The notes under the pieces are model-generated. The model was given only the letters and a program-made list of their open reading frames with translations, had not been told where the DNA came from and did no database searches. Positions 9,620-17,906 of a stretch of DNA of 64,000 nucleotides are shown here, one piece after another. The position numbers were made by a program, and so were the translations under genes. Origin of the DNA: Gemmatimonadota bacterium (GTDB taxonomy: Bacteria > Gemmatimonadota > Gemmatimonadetes > JACCXV01 > JAHWKZ01); NCBI GenBank assembly GCA_050732875.1, contig JBOHRQ010000006.1, forward strand, positions 5,666 to 69,665, in the 5' to 3' direction. Within the stretch, counting starts at the first letter, position 1. Each line of letters opens with the position of its first letter.

Positions 9620-10198
9620 ATGGTCGTGACCGCCCTGGTCGAAAGCTTCTCCCAGCCCTGGCCCTGGTATCTGGCTGGACCGACGCTCGGGCTCCTTGTC
9701 GCGTTGCTTCTCCTTCTGACCGGCAAGGGCTTCGGCGTCTCGTCCAGCTTCCGGCACATCTGCGCGGCGGCCTTTCCCGGCCGCGCCGAGTACTTCCGCT
9801 ACGACTGGAAGCGGATCGGCACGTGGAATCTGGTCTTCGTGCTCGGGATGCTGGTCGGCGGGTTCATCGCGGGTTGGCTCTTCGCGAACCCCGAGCCGGT
9901 CGCGATCTCCGCCGCCACGCGCGCGGATCTCGCTGCGCTGGGCATCCGTGACTTCGATGGCCTCGTCCCCGACGACCTGATCAGCTGGGGGGCGCTGGCG
10001 ACCCTGCCCGGCTTCGTGGTGATCGTCCTGGGCGGCTTCCTGGTCGGCTTCGGCGCGCGCTGGGCGGGCGGCTGTACATCGGGCCACGCGATCACCGGGC
10101 TCGCCGGGCTCCAGAAGGCCTCGCTCGTCGCCGTGATGGGCTTCTTCGCGGGCGGGCTGATCGTGACGTATCTCGTCTACCCGGTGCTGCTGGGATGA
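9620..10198 (+). CDS. YeeE/YedE family transporter component (N-terminal half)
   Basis: GCTSGH motif in GFGARWAGGCTSGHAITG; multi-TM. Confidence 0.8.
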   Translation: MVVTALVESFSQPWPWYLAGPTLGLLVALLLLLTGKGFGVSSSFRHICAAAFPGRAEYFRYDWKRIGTWNLVFVLGMLVGGFIAGWLFANPEPVAISAATRADLAALGIRDFDGLVPDDLISWGALATLPGFVVIVLGGFLVGFGARWAGGCTSGHAITGLAGLQKASLVAVMGFFAGGLIVTYLVYPVLLG

Positions 10199-10698
10199 GC
10201 GACCGGACCGCACGCCGTTCGATTCCCGACGCCGCCGGTGAGACGCGCGGACCCACCGCCCCCGTAGGGACGACGCCCCGGCCCGCGCCGCTCCTCGTCT
10301 ACATCGTCTTCGGCGCCCTGTTCGGAATCGTGCTCGTCAAGAGCGAGGCCGTCTCCTGGTTCCGGATCCAGGAGATGTTCCGCTTCCAGAGCTTCCAGAT
10401 GTACGGGATCATAGGGAGCGCGGTCGTCACGGCGGCGGCGTTGATCGCGCTCTTCAGGCGCTTCAGCATCACGACCGCCGACGGCCAGCCGATGCGGATC
10501 GAGCCCCGCACCTGGCGGCCGTACGCGAACGGACTGGGCGGGCTTACCTTCGGGCTCGGCTGGGGACTCCTCGGCGCCTGCCCGGGCCCGTTTTACGCCC
10601 TTCTCGGGAGCGGCATATCGGTGATGATCGTGGCGCTCGCAAGCGCACTCGGAGGTGCCTGGATCTACGGCCAACTCATGCCGCGGCTGCCCCACTGA
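10195..10698 (+). CDS. YeeE/YedE family transporter component (C-terminal half)
   Basis: ATGA overlap with the upstream half; GACPGP motif in LLGACPGPFYALLGSG. Confidence 0.8.
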   Translation: MSDRTARRSIPDAAGETRGPTAPVGTTPRPAPLLVYIVFGALFGIVLVKSEAVSWFRIQEMFRFQSFQMYGIIGSAVVTAAALIALFRRFSITTADGQPMRIEPRTWRPYANGLGGLTFGLGWGLLGACPGPFYALLGSGISVMIVALASALGGAWIYGQLMPRLPH

Positions 10699-10717
10699 TG
10701 GGAGCCCTGTGAGCTCC

Positions 10718-12553
10718 ATGGAGCGAAGGCTCTCGGCGATCCTGGCCGCCGATGTGGTCGGATACAGCCGCCTCATGGGACGGGACGAGGAGGGGACGCT
10801 CTCCTCCCTCAAGGAGGTCCGGGCGAACATCGTCGATCCCGAGATCTCGAAGCACAATGGACGCATCGTGAAGACGACCGGCGACGGGCTCCTGGTCGAG
10901 TTCCCCAGCGTGGTGGACGCCCTGAAGTGCGCCGCCTGCGTCCAGAAGACGATGGCCGATCGGACCGCGGACACTCCTGAGGACCAACGGCTCCAGTTCC
11001 GTATCGGGATCAACCTGGGCGATGTCATCATCGACGGGGACGACATCTTCGGCGACGGCGTCAACGTGGCGGCGCGTCTGGAGAACCTGGCGGATCCCTG
11101 CGGCATCTGCATCTCGAAGGGGGCCTGGGATCTGGCTCGCGGGAGGATCCAGATCCCGTTCGAGGACCGGGGCGACGTCACGGTCAAGAACATCGCCCAG
11201 CCGATCCGGGTCTACGGGATCCGCTTCGACTCCTCGCGGAAGCCGGCCCCCCAGGCCGCGGATGCGCAAATGTCAAAACGCTCGATCGCGGTCCTGCCCT
11301 TCGCGAACTGGAGCTCGGACCCCGAGAACGAGTTCTTCAGCGACGGCATCTCCGAAGAGCTGATCAACCTTCTCACGAAGCTTCCCGAGCTTCAGGTCTC
11401 TTCCCGGACGTCTTCCTTCGGCTTCAAGAACAAGGATGCCAACGTCCGCACGATCGCAAGAGAGCTGGGGGTCACGAACATTCTCGAGGGCAGCGTACGG
11501 CGGGCGGGCAAGCGGATCCGAATCACCGCCCAGCTCATCGACGCGGACTCGGACTTCCACCTTTGGTCGGAGACGTTCGACCGCGAGCTCGAGGACATCT
11601 TCGCCGTGCAGGACGAGATCGCCCGCAGCATCGTCGATGCGCTGGAGGTCACGCTCAGTCCGAGGGAGGAGCGGATCATCGAGAAGACACCGACCGCCGA
11701 CATCAAGGCGTACGACTGCTATCTCCGAGGCCGCCTCTATTTCCATGATATGCGCGGCAACCTGAAGCCGGCCCTTGAGATGTTCTCGCAGGCGATCAAG
11801 ATCGACCCCGAGTACGCGCTCGCCCATGCGGGTCTGGCCGACGTGTCGATTTTCCTCTACATGTGGTACGAGAAGGACGAAGAGCACCTCGCGCGCGCCG
11901 ATTCCGCCAGCCGGCGGGCGCTCGAGCTGGATCCGGAGCTGGCCGAAGGCCATGCGGCGCGGGGGCATCTCCTCTCGTGGAAGAAGCGCTACGACGAGGC
12001 GGAGCGGGAGTTCGAGACTGCGATGAGCCTCGACCCAACCTTGTTCGAGGCGCCTTTCTTCTACGCCCGCGCGGCCATGATGCATGGCAGCTACGAGAAG
12101 GCCGCCCAGATGTACGAGCGCGCGGCCGCGGTTCGGCCGGACGATTATCAGGCGCCGCTTCTCGTCACGATGGTGTATCGCACCCTTGGCCGGGAGGCCG
12201 AGATGGAGGGGGCTAGCCAGCGGGGCCTGGCGCTGGTTGATCGTCACCTCAAGCTGAATCCCGAGGACCATCGAGCCTTCGTTCTGGGAGCCACCGGCTG
12301 CGTGGTGGTGGGGGATACCGAACGCGCGCTGGAGTGGGCCAACCGCGCCTTCGAGCTCGCCCCGGAGAATCGCACCGTCCTCTACAACCTGGCCTGCACG
12401 TACTCGATCGCCGGTGAGCCCGAAAAGGCGCTCGACTGCCTGGAGCGTTCCGCGAGCGTCGGCCCGCTCTCAAGGGAGTATCTGGAGCATGACAGCGACC
12501 TGAATCCGATCCGGGGGGAACCGCGCTTTCAGGCGCTCATGGCGAAGCTCTAA
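10718..12553 (+). CDS. Class III adenylate/guanylate cyclase with TolB-like domain and TPR repeats
   Basis: N-terminal catalytic domain MERRLSAILAADVVGYSRLM..GDGLLVEF..GDGVNVAARLE; middle region SIAVLPFANWSSDPENEFFSDGISEEL is TolB-N-like; C-terminal TPR repeats. Confidence 0.9.
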   Translation: MERRLSAILAADVVGYSRLMGRDEEGTLSSLKEVRANIVDPEISKHNGRIVKTTGDGLLVEFPSVVDALKCAACVQKTMADRTADTPEDQRLQFRIGINLGDVIIDGDDIFGDGVNVAARLENLADPCGICISKGAWDLARGRIQIPFEDRGDVTVKNIAQPIRVYGIRFDSSRKPAPQAADAQMSKRSIAVLPFANWSSDPENEFFSDGISEELINLLTKLPELQVSSRTSSFGFKNKDANVRTIARELGVTNILEGSVRRAGKRIRITAQLIDADSDFHLWSETFDRELEDIFAVQDEIARSIVDALEVTLSPREERIIEKTPTADIKAYDCYLRGRLYFHDMRGNLKPALEMFSQAIKIDPEYALAHAGLADVSIFLYMWYEKDEEHLARADSASRRALELDPELAEGHAARGHLLSWKKRYDEAEREFETAMSLDPTLFEAPFFYARAAMMHGSYEKAAQMYERAAAVRPDDYQAPLLVTMVYRTLGREAEMEGASQRGLALVDRHLKLNPEDHRAFVLGATGCVVVGDTERALEWANRAFELAPENRTVLYNLACTYSIAGEPEKALDCLERSASVGPLSREYLEHDSDLNPIRGEPRFQALMAKL

Positions 12554-12594
12554 AGGACAATCACGGCGACGCTGACCGCGTCAGGATTGGTACT

Positions 12595-14052
12595 ATGCCC
12601 TTTGCCGCCTACCCCGCTCCCTTCGTCTTCGACAAGAAGAACGGCACCAAAAAGATCCAGCAGTGCATCTGGGGCGATACGATCGAAGCCCTGGGCCCGG
12701 AAGAGGACGGCTGGGTGCCGGTGAACGCGCGGCTGGACCAGGGCTGGATGCGGGCCGCCGACCTCCAGGAGGACTGCATCCTCGAGGTGGTCTTCGTCGA
12801 CATCGGGCAGGGGGACGGCTGCTTCATCGTCACTCCCCGCAACAAGCTGATCCTCGTCGACGCAGGCCTCGGGAACAACATGGTGCGCTTTCTCCGTTGG
12901 CGCTTCGACCTGCGGTCGAACCCCGACAAGGTGGTCCGCTTCGAAAGCGGGGTCATCACACACCCCGACGAGGACCACTACGGAGGCTTCGATCCGATCC
13001 TCAAGCGGAACTTCGAGTTCGGCGCCCTCTACCACAACGGCGTGGTCGAGCGGAAGGGTCCCGATCGCCTGGGGCCGAAGGTGGGCCCGACCGGAGAGAA
13101 GCGTCTCACCGACATCATCGTCGACGAGGCCGCGCTCGCCACGATCATCGACGACCCGGCCAAGGTCGGGGAGATGAAGTATCCCAACCTGCTCAAGCTG
13201 GCCCGCGACGAGGCGGAGATCCCGAAGATCCGGATGCTGAGCGCCCGCGACGAGCACCTTCCTGGCTACGGACCGAGCGCCCAGATGACGATCGAGGTGC
13301 TGGGCCCCGTGCCGGAGGAGCAGGCGGACGGCTCGCTCCGGCTCCGCTGGAAGTCGAGCGACGGGATCACCAAGAACGGCAACTCGGTCATCCTCATGTT
13401 CCGCTACGGCAAGCTGAGGATGCTTATCGGCGGGGATCTCAACCGCCCGTTCGAGGAGCTCCTGCTCGAGCACTACACAGGACTCGATTCGCGCCCCACG
13501 AGCGAGGAGGACCGTCTCGCGCTGGCGATCGAGTCGCGCAAGCGCTTCCGGGCCGACGTCGCCAAGGCCTGCCATCACGGGAGCGCCGACTTCACCAGCC
13601 GCTTTCTCGAAGGGATCGATGCGATCGCGACCGTCGTCTCGAGCGGCGACGAGGAGTCGCACTGCCACCCGCGCCCGGACGCCCTGGGGGCCCTGGGCCG
13701 TCGCGGACGCGGCGAGCGGCCGCTCATCTTCAGCACCGAGCTCGCGCGCTCGAGCCGGGAGACGATCGAGACGCCGCAGGCGATCAAGGACAAGGTCTCC
13801 GAGCTACTCGAGCTGCGCGACCAGGCCACCGACGAGGCCATGAAGAAGACGCTTCGTGAGAAGATCCAGGCCGCGCTCTCGCGGGTGGAACGGAGCGTGG
13901 CTGTCTACGGGGCGATCAACCTCAGGACCGACGGCGATAAGGCACTGATCGCGCAGAAGCTCGAGCGGCCGCGGCCCAACGGCGAGAAGTGGGACTACCA
14001 CCTGTTGGAGGCCGACGAGAGCGGGGAGCTCAGGTACGTGGGAGAGGAGTGA
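12595..14052 (+). CDS. Metallo-beta-lactamase (MBL)-fold hydrolase of ComEC/Rec2-C type, with an N-terminal SH3-like region
   Basis: VVFVDIGQGDGCFIV, HPDEDHYGGF (HxHxDH variant), CHHGSADF and SSGDEESHCHP follow the order of the ComEC MBL domain; 42 nt downstream of the cyclase on the same strand. Confidence 0.75.
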   Translation: MPFAAYPAPFVFDKKNGTKKIQQCIWGDTIEALGPEEDGWVPVNARLDQGWMRAADLQEDCILEVVFVDIGQGDGCFIVTPRNKLILVDAGLGNNMVRFLRWRFDLRSNPDKVVRFESGVITHPDEDHYGGFDPILKRNFEFGALYHNGVVERKGPDRLGPKVGPTGEKRLTDIIVDEAALATIIDDPAKVGEMKYPNLLKLARDEAEIPKIRMLSARDEHLPGYGPSAQMTIEVLGPVPEEQADGSLRLRWKSSDGITKNGNSVILMFRYGKLRMLIGGDLNRPFEELLLEHYTGLDSRPTSEEDRLALAIESRKRFRADVAKACHHGSADFTSRFLEGIDAIATVVSSGDEESHCHPRPDALGALGRRGRGERPLIFSTELARSSRETIETPQAIKDKVSELLELRDQATDEAMKKTLREKIQAALSRVERSVAVYGAINLRTDGDKALIAQKLERPRPNGEKWDYHLLEADESGELRYVGEE

Positions 14053-14120
14053 TCGCCGTCGGCTGGTCGCCTATGGCCGGGCGAGACACTGATCCAATGA
14101 CCGAAGCCCAATACGAGAAA

Positions 14121-14149
14121 AGCCCCCACCGGGATTGCCGGCAGGGGCT
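14121..14149. terminator. Bidirectional rho-independent terminator between the MBL gene and cold-shock gene 1
   Basis: AGCCCCCACCGG-GATTG-CCGGCAGGGGCT hairpin flanked by an A-run upstream and T/C-rich sequence downstream. Confidence 0.5.
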
Positions 14150-14191
14150 TCCTCTATCGATCGCTCGAGGCGACCGCGTCGGTCCGTCGCC

Positions 14192-14407
14192 TTAGACGGT
14201 GACGGGCCGCGTAACGTTCGCGGCCTGCGGGCCCTTCGGGCCCTCGGTGATCTCGAACTCGACCTTGTCGTTCTCGGCGAGAGACTTGAAGCCATCCCCA
14301 CCGATGGCCGAGAAGTGGACGAAGACGTCCGGTCCGCTCTCCTGCTGGATGAACCCGAACCCCTTCGCGTCGTTGAACCACTTCACGGTGCCGGTATGTC
14401 TGGTCAT
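14192..14407 (-). CDS. Cold-shock protein (CspA family), copy 1
   Basis: [21 protein letters not shown]...VFVHFSAI (RNP1/RNP2 motifs); the track ORF is extended upstream by spurious sequence. Confidence 0.9.
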   Translation of the reverse strand: MTRHTGTVKWFNDAKGFGFIQQESGPDVFVHFSAIGGDGFKSLAENDKVEFEITEGPKGPQAANVTRPVTV

Positions 14408-14600
14408 GCGTCTTTCCTTTGTCGTATTGCGTTTCACCCGGCTTCCGCCGGTGTCTCTCAGGCCTCGGGTATCGCGCACAAAAAAGCGCCGCTCTCTTCG
14501 GTCTTCCGTCGAGAGTCCGGCGCGTCGTTTCGAACGGTCGTTCCCTTGGACGAACTGCTCTTCCTGAAAGCCCTTAGAAAATAGACGGTTTCACTCGCGA
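14408..14600 (-). promoter_or_regulatory. Long conserved 5' leader of cold-shock gene 1 (cspA-type 5' UTR / candidate RNA thermosensor)
   Basis: About 190 nt of non-coding leader that is almost identical to the leader of copy 2 (14955-15140), including CGTCTTTCCTTTGT immediately 5' of the start codon. Confidence 0.5.
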
Positions 14601-14668
14601 AGTCCAGTGCCGCGTAGATCCACAAAGTAAGAGATCCACAAGTAAGAGTAGATGCACCGGATAAGAGA

Positions 14669-14697
14669 AGCCCCCGCCGGACGAGCCGACGGGGGCT
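14669..14697. terminator. Hairpin terminator downstream of cold-shock gene 2
   Basis: AGCCCCCGCCGG-ACGAGC-CGACGGGGGCT followed by TTCTCT. Confidence 0.45.
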
Positions 14698-14741
14698 TTC
14701 TCTATCGCGTGGTCGCTCGAGGCGACCGCTCGGTCAGGGCC

Positions 14742-14954
14742 TTAGGCGGCCCGGGTGACGTTCGCGGCCTGAGGGCCCTTCGGGCCCTCCGTGATCTCGA
14801 ACTCGACCTTGTCGTTCTCAGCGAGGGACTTGAAGCCCTCCTGGGCGATGGCGGAGAAGTGGACGAAAACGTCCGGGCCGTTCTCCTGCTGGATGAACCC
14901 GAAACCCTTGGCGTCGTTGAACCACTTCACGGTACCGGTGTGTCTGTCGGCCAT
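14742..14954 (-). CDS. Cold-shock protein (CspA family), copy 2
   Basis: [36 protein letters not shown]..., nearly identical to copy 1. Confidence 0.9.
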   Translation of the reverse strand: MADRHTGTVKWFNDAKGFGFIQQENGPDVFVHFSAIAQEGFKSLAENDKVEFEITEGPKGPQAANVTRAA

Positions 14955-15140
14955 GCGTCTTTCCTTTGTTGTGTTCGTTTCCCCGGCTTCCTGCCGGGCT
15001 CTTTCAGGCCTCGGGCTTCGCGTACAAAAAACGCGCCTCTCTCTTCGGTCTTCCGTCGAGAGTCCGGCGCGTCGATTTCGAACGGTCGTTCCCTTGGACG
15101 TACTGGTTCTTCCTGAAAGCAGGAGGATTATAGCCGATTG
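14955..15140 (-). promoter_or_regulatory. Long conserved 5' leader of cold-shock gene 2
   Basis: Paralogous to 14408-14600. Confidence 0.5.
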
Positions 15141-15254
15141 GGGGCAGCCCGTCAAGCTCTTTTCACTTCCGTAACCGTCCCGAGCCACCCGCGCCCCCGG
15201 GCTGGCGGCCGGCTTGACTGGCCCAGTCGCTCGGCGAGCCCGGGGCGTAGGCCT

Positions 15255-16613
15255 TCAAATCAGGTCGCGGACGGCGCGAAGGCCGGCCTCGACCTCCTCG
15301 GGCGTATTCCGAATCGAGGGCGAGAAGCGGAGGTGCTCGATCGCGTAGGGGGTGACGGTGGCGACGATGTCGCGGGAGCGAAGCGCGTTGACGGCCGCCC
15401 ACGCCGCCATCCCCTCGACGTCGCAGCAGACGATGCCCGAGGACAGATCCTCTTCGATCGGCGTGATGAGCTCGACGCCGTCGATGGATCGGAGCCCCTC
15501 CTTGAGCTGGCGGGCCAGCTCGTGCGTCCGCTCCCGGACCCGCTCTTTCCCGATCGCCTGCTGAAACTCGAACGCCGGCGCCATTGCCCAGCGGTGCTCG
15601 AAGGGCTTGAAGCCGCCCGGCGTCATCCGCGGGCCGTCCGGACGGCCTTCCGGCTCGGTCCCCTGGAACCAGGCCGTCCACGAGGCGTCGTCCCGAAAGC
15701 TTGGAATGGAGGGTCGGACACGCGCCCAGCGATCGCCCCGACCCCACAGGATCCCGGTGCCGCGGGGGCCGAAGATCCATTTGTGGGTCCCGGCCGCCAG
15801 GAAATCGATGCCGAGTTCGTCTACGGTCACGTCCTCGATCCCAAAGCCATGGACCCCGTCCACGCAGACGAGGACGCGGTCCTCCTCGTCCCGGTCGCCG
15901 CTGACCTCGTCGACCGCCTCCGCGATCTCGGATACCGGGATCCTGAGCCCGGTCCCCGAATGGACCCAGGTCAGGGCGACGGCACGCGTGCGGGGCCCGA
16001 TCGCGTCCCGGATCCGATCGACGATCCCGTCCGCCGAGACGTCCCCGATCTCGTCGTAGAGCCGGATCTTCCGGACCGTGGTGCCCGTCCGCTCGCTCGC
16101 CTGGCGCAGCGACTCGTGCGTCACGTAGTAGTCGTGCTCGGTCGTCAGGAGCTCATCGCCCGGTCGCAGCCGGAGTCCGTTGTAGAGGATCCCCAGGCCC
16201 ATCGTCGTCGAGTCGGTGAGCGCGATGTCGTTGGCGTCCGCGCCGAGGTAGTCGGCCGCGGCCCTGGCCGATGCGCGGGTCAGGCGGTCGTCGTTCTGCT
16301 CGTAGTATACGGTGGGATCGCTGTCCAGCGCCTGGCGGTACTTGTCGATCGCGCTGCGGACGGGCCAGGGATGGCTCGCCAGCAGCATGGCCGAGAGATC
16401 GATCGGCCGCTCGGCGATGACGAACTGCTCGCGGACCGAGGACCAGTCCTCAGGGTCGAAGGGCGATGGTTCGCCGGGCAGGGAGTCGCCTGAAGCGCTC
16501 CGGGACCTCTCGGAGCGCGCGACCTTAGCCCCGCCCAGCGCCCCGCAGGCCGCGGTCAGCCCGGCGGCCAGCGTGCCGGTGGAGACAAGGAATCTGCGGC
16601 GGTCCATGACCAT
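15255..16613 (-). CDS. Aminotransferase class V-fold PLP-dependent enzyme with a Tat signal peptide
   Basis: MVMDRRRFLVSTGTLAAGLTAACG (twin-arginine signal); GTHKWIFGPRGTG contains the PLP-lysine motif. Confidence 0.85.
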   Translation of the reverse strand: MVMDRRRFLVSTGTLAAGLTAACGALGGAKVARSERSRSASGDSLPGEPSPFDPEDWSSVREQFVIAERPIDLSAMLLASHPWPVRSAIDKYRQALDSDPTVYYEQNDDRLTRASARAAADYLGADANDIALTDSTTMGLGILYNGLRLRPGDELLTTEHDYYVTHESLRQASERTGTTVRKIRLYDEIGDVSADGIVDRIRDAIGPRTRAVALTWVHSGTGLRIPVSEIAEAVDEVSGDRDEEDRVLVCVDGVHGFGIEDVTVDELGIDFLAAGTHKWIFGPRGTGILWGRGDRWARVRPSIPSFRDDASWTAWFQGTEPEGRPDGPRMTPGGFKPFEHRWAMAPAFEFQQAIGKERVRERTHELARQLKEGLRSIDGVELITPIEEDLSSGIVCCDVEGMAAWAAVNALRSRDIVATVTPYAIEHLRFSPSIRNTPEEVEAGLRAVRDLI

Positions 16614-16651
16614 GACTACAAGGTAGGTTAGAGTTCAGCGGTCGCCGTCAT

Positions 16652-17110
16652 ATGACTGACGCCTTGGCTGGCAACCGCCATTCACCTGGCGCTTGCTGGA
16701 TACCCGAGAGGCTGGACGCCGTGCCCCAGAGCGAGATCCGCTTCTATTCCATGATGGCCGCCTCCCTCGTCGTGGTCGGCGCGGCCCTGGTATGGACGCT
16801 CCGCCGCCGCGAAGGTGGCCGGTCGTGGAGACGGGTCGGGCTCGTCGTCGCGGTGATCGTGATCGGCGGGATGTTCTGGGGGCGGATCGGCGCCAGCTGG
16901 GGACTCCCTTGGACGCTCTATCTCCTGCCGCCCATGGCGGCAACGTTCCTCGTTCCCCCGCTCGCCTTCCGGATGGGCGCGCGCGAGACGACGACCTGGA
17001 TCCTCCTCGCGGCCCTGTCGGGCCCGGTCGTCCACGTCCTCTTCTCATTTTTCCTGGGGTGGAAGGAGTTCATGCCGATCTGGGACGTGCCGGCGCTGCG
17101 GGAGCTGTGA
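16652..17110 (+). CDS. Hypothetical small membrane protein
   Basis: Three or four hydrophobic helices; the start is uncertain (an alternative ATG lies ~100 nt downstream). Confidence 0.45.
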   Translation: MTDALAGNRHSPGACWIPERLDAVPQSEIRFYSMMAASLVVVGAALVWTLRRREGGRSWRRVGLVVAVIVIGGMFWGRIGASWGLPWTLYLLPPMAATFLVPPLAFRMGARETTTWILLAALSGPVVHVLFSFFLGWKEFMPIWDVPALREL

Positions 17111-17136
17111 AAGTTCAAGCGGCTGCACGCAGCCGC

Positions 17137-17439
17137 TCAGGCGTTGCGGGCCGCGATCGCGTCGAGTTCCTGCGCCTCCTCCTCCCCTGCGAAGTAGAGG
17201 TCCCAGCGTTGCTGGAGGTTCATCCAGAAGCCGGCCGTCGTACCGAAGTATCGGGAGAGCCGCAGGGACGTGCTTGCGGTGACCCCGCGTCGCCCGTTCA
17301 CGATCTCGTTGACGCGCTGATAGGGGACGCCGATCGCGTCGGCCAGCTCGCGCTGGGTCATCCCCATCGGTTCGAGAAACTCCCTCAGCAGCATCTCTCC
17401 CGGATGAGTCGGCGCGCGGTGGGTCGGAATACGGATCAC
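17137..17439 (-). CDS. higA: HigA family antitoxin (XRE-type HTH)
   Basis: IRIPTHRAPTHPGEMLLREFLEPMGMTQRELADAIGVPYQRVNEIVNGRRGVT; GTG start 10 nt after the higB stop. Confidence 0.85.
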   Translation of the reverse strand: MIRIPTHRAPTHPGEMLLREFLEPMGMTQRELADAIGVPYQRVNEIVNGRRGVTASTSLRLSRYFGTTAGFWMNLQQRWDLYFAGEEEAQELDAIAARNA

Positions 17440-17449
17440 AAGCTCCCTC

Positions 17450-17742
17450 CTAATGATAATCCACGATCTCGACGTCGCTCGGTCCGGAGTCGGTCCATTC
17501 GAAGCAAATCCGGTACTGGTCGTTAATGCGGATGCTGTGAAGACCATGGCGATCGCCCTTCAGCTTCTTCAGACGATTGCCAGGCGGAATCCGGAGATCC
17601 TTCAAATTCACAGCCGAGTCCAGCAGCTCGAGCTTGCGCGCCGCGATATCCCAGAGATCACGGGGACAAACCACCCGCGCCGCCCTCTGTCCCTGCCGTA
17701 GAAGAGGTCACCGGTTCCCTGGTCCTTGAACGACAGGATCAC
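17450..17742 (-). pseudogene. higB: HigB (RelE/ParE superfamily, PF05015-like) toxin gene with an apparent frameshift
   Basis: The N-terminus VILSFKDQGTGDLFYGRD lies in the frame of track ORF 17608-17853. The C-terminus PRDLWDIAARKLELLDSAVNLKDLRIPPGNRLKKLKGDRHGLHSIRINDQYRICFEWTD...VEIVDYH lies in the frame of track ORF 17450-17674. The two frames switch around 17675-17690 in a C-rich run. Confidence 0.6.
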
Positions 17743-17906
17743 AGGCGTATCATGATAGCACGGATGCCATGCTATAGTCAAGCTCGTCGCCGGCAGGCGT
17801 CGGCGATTCGACGATTGACATTTCCGCGATCCTCCGCACAGGCTATCGTGCAATCCGCGCGCCCTTGTACCTGAAATCGGATCACTGGGCCGGGGAGGAT
17901 CCCCTC

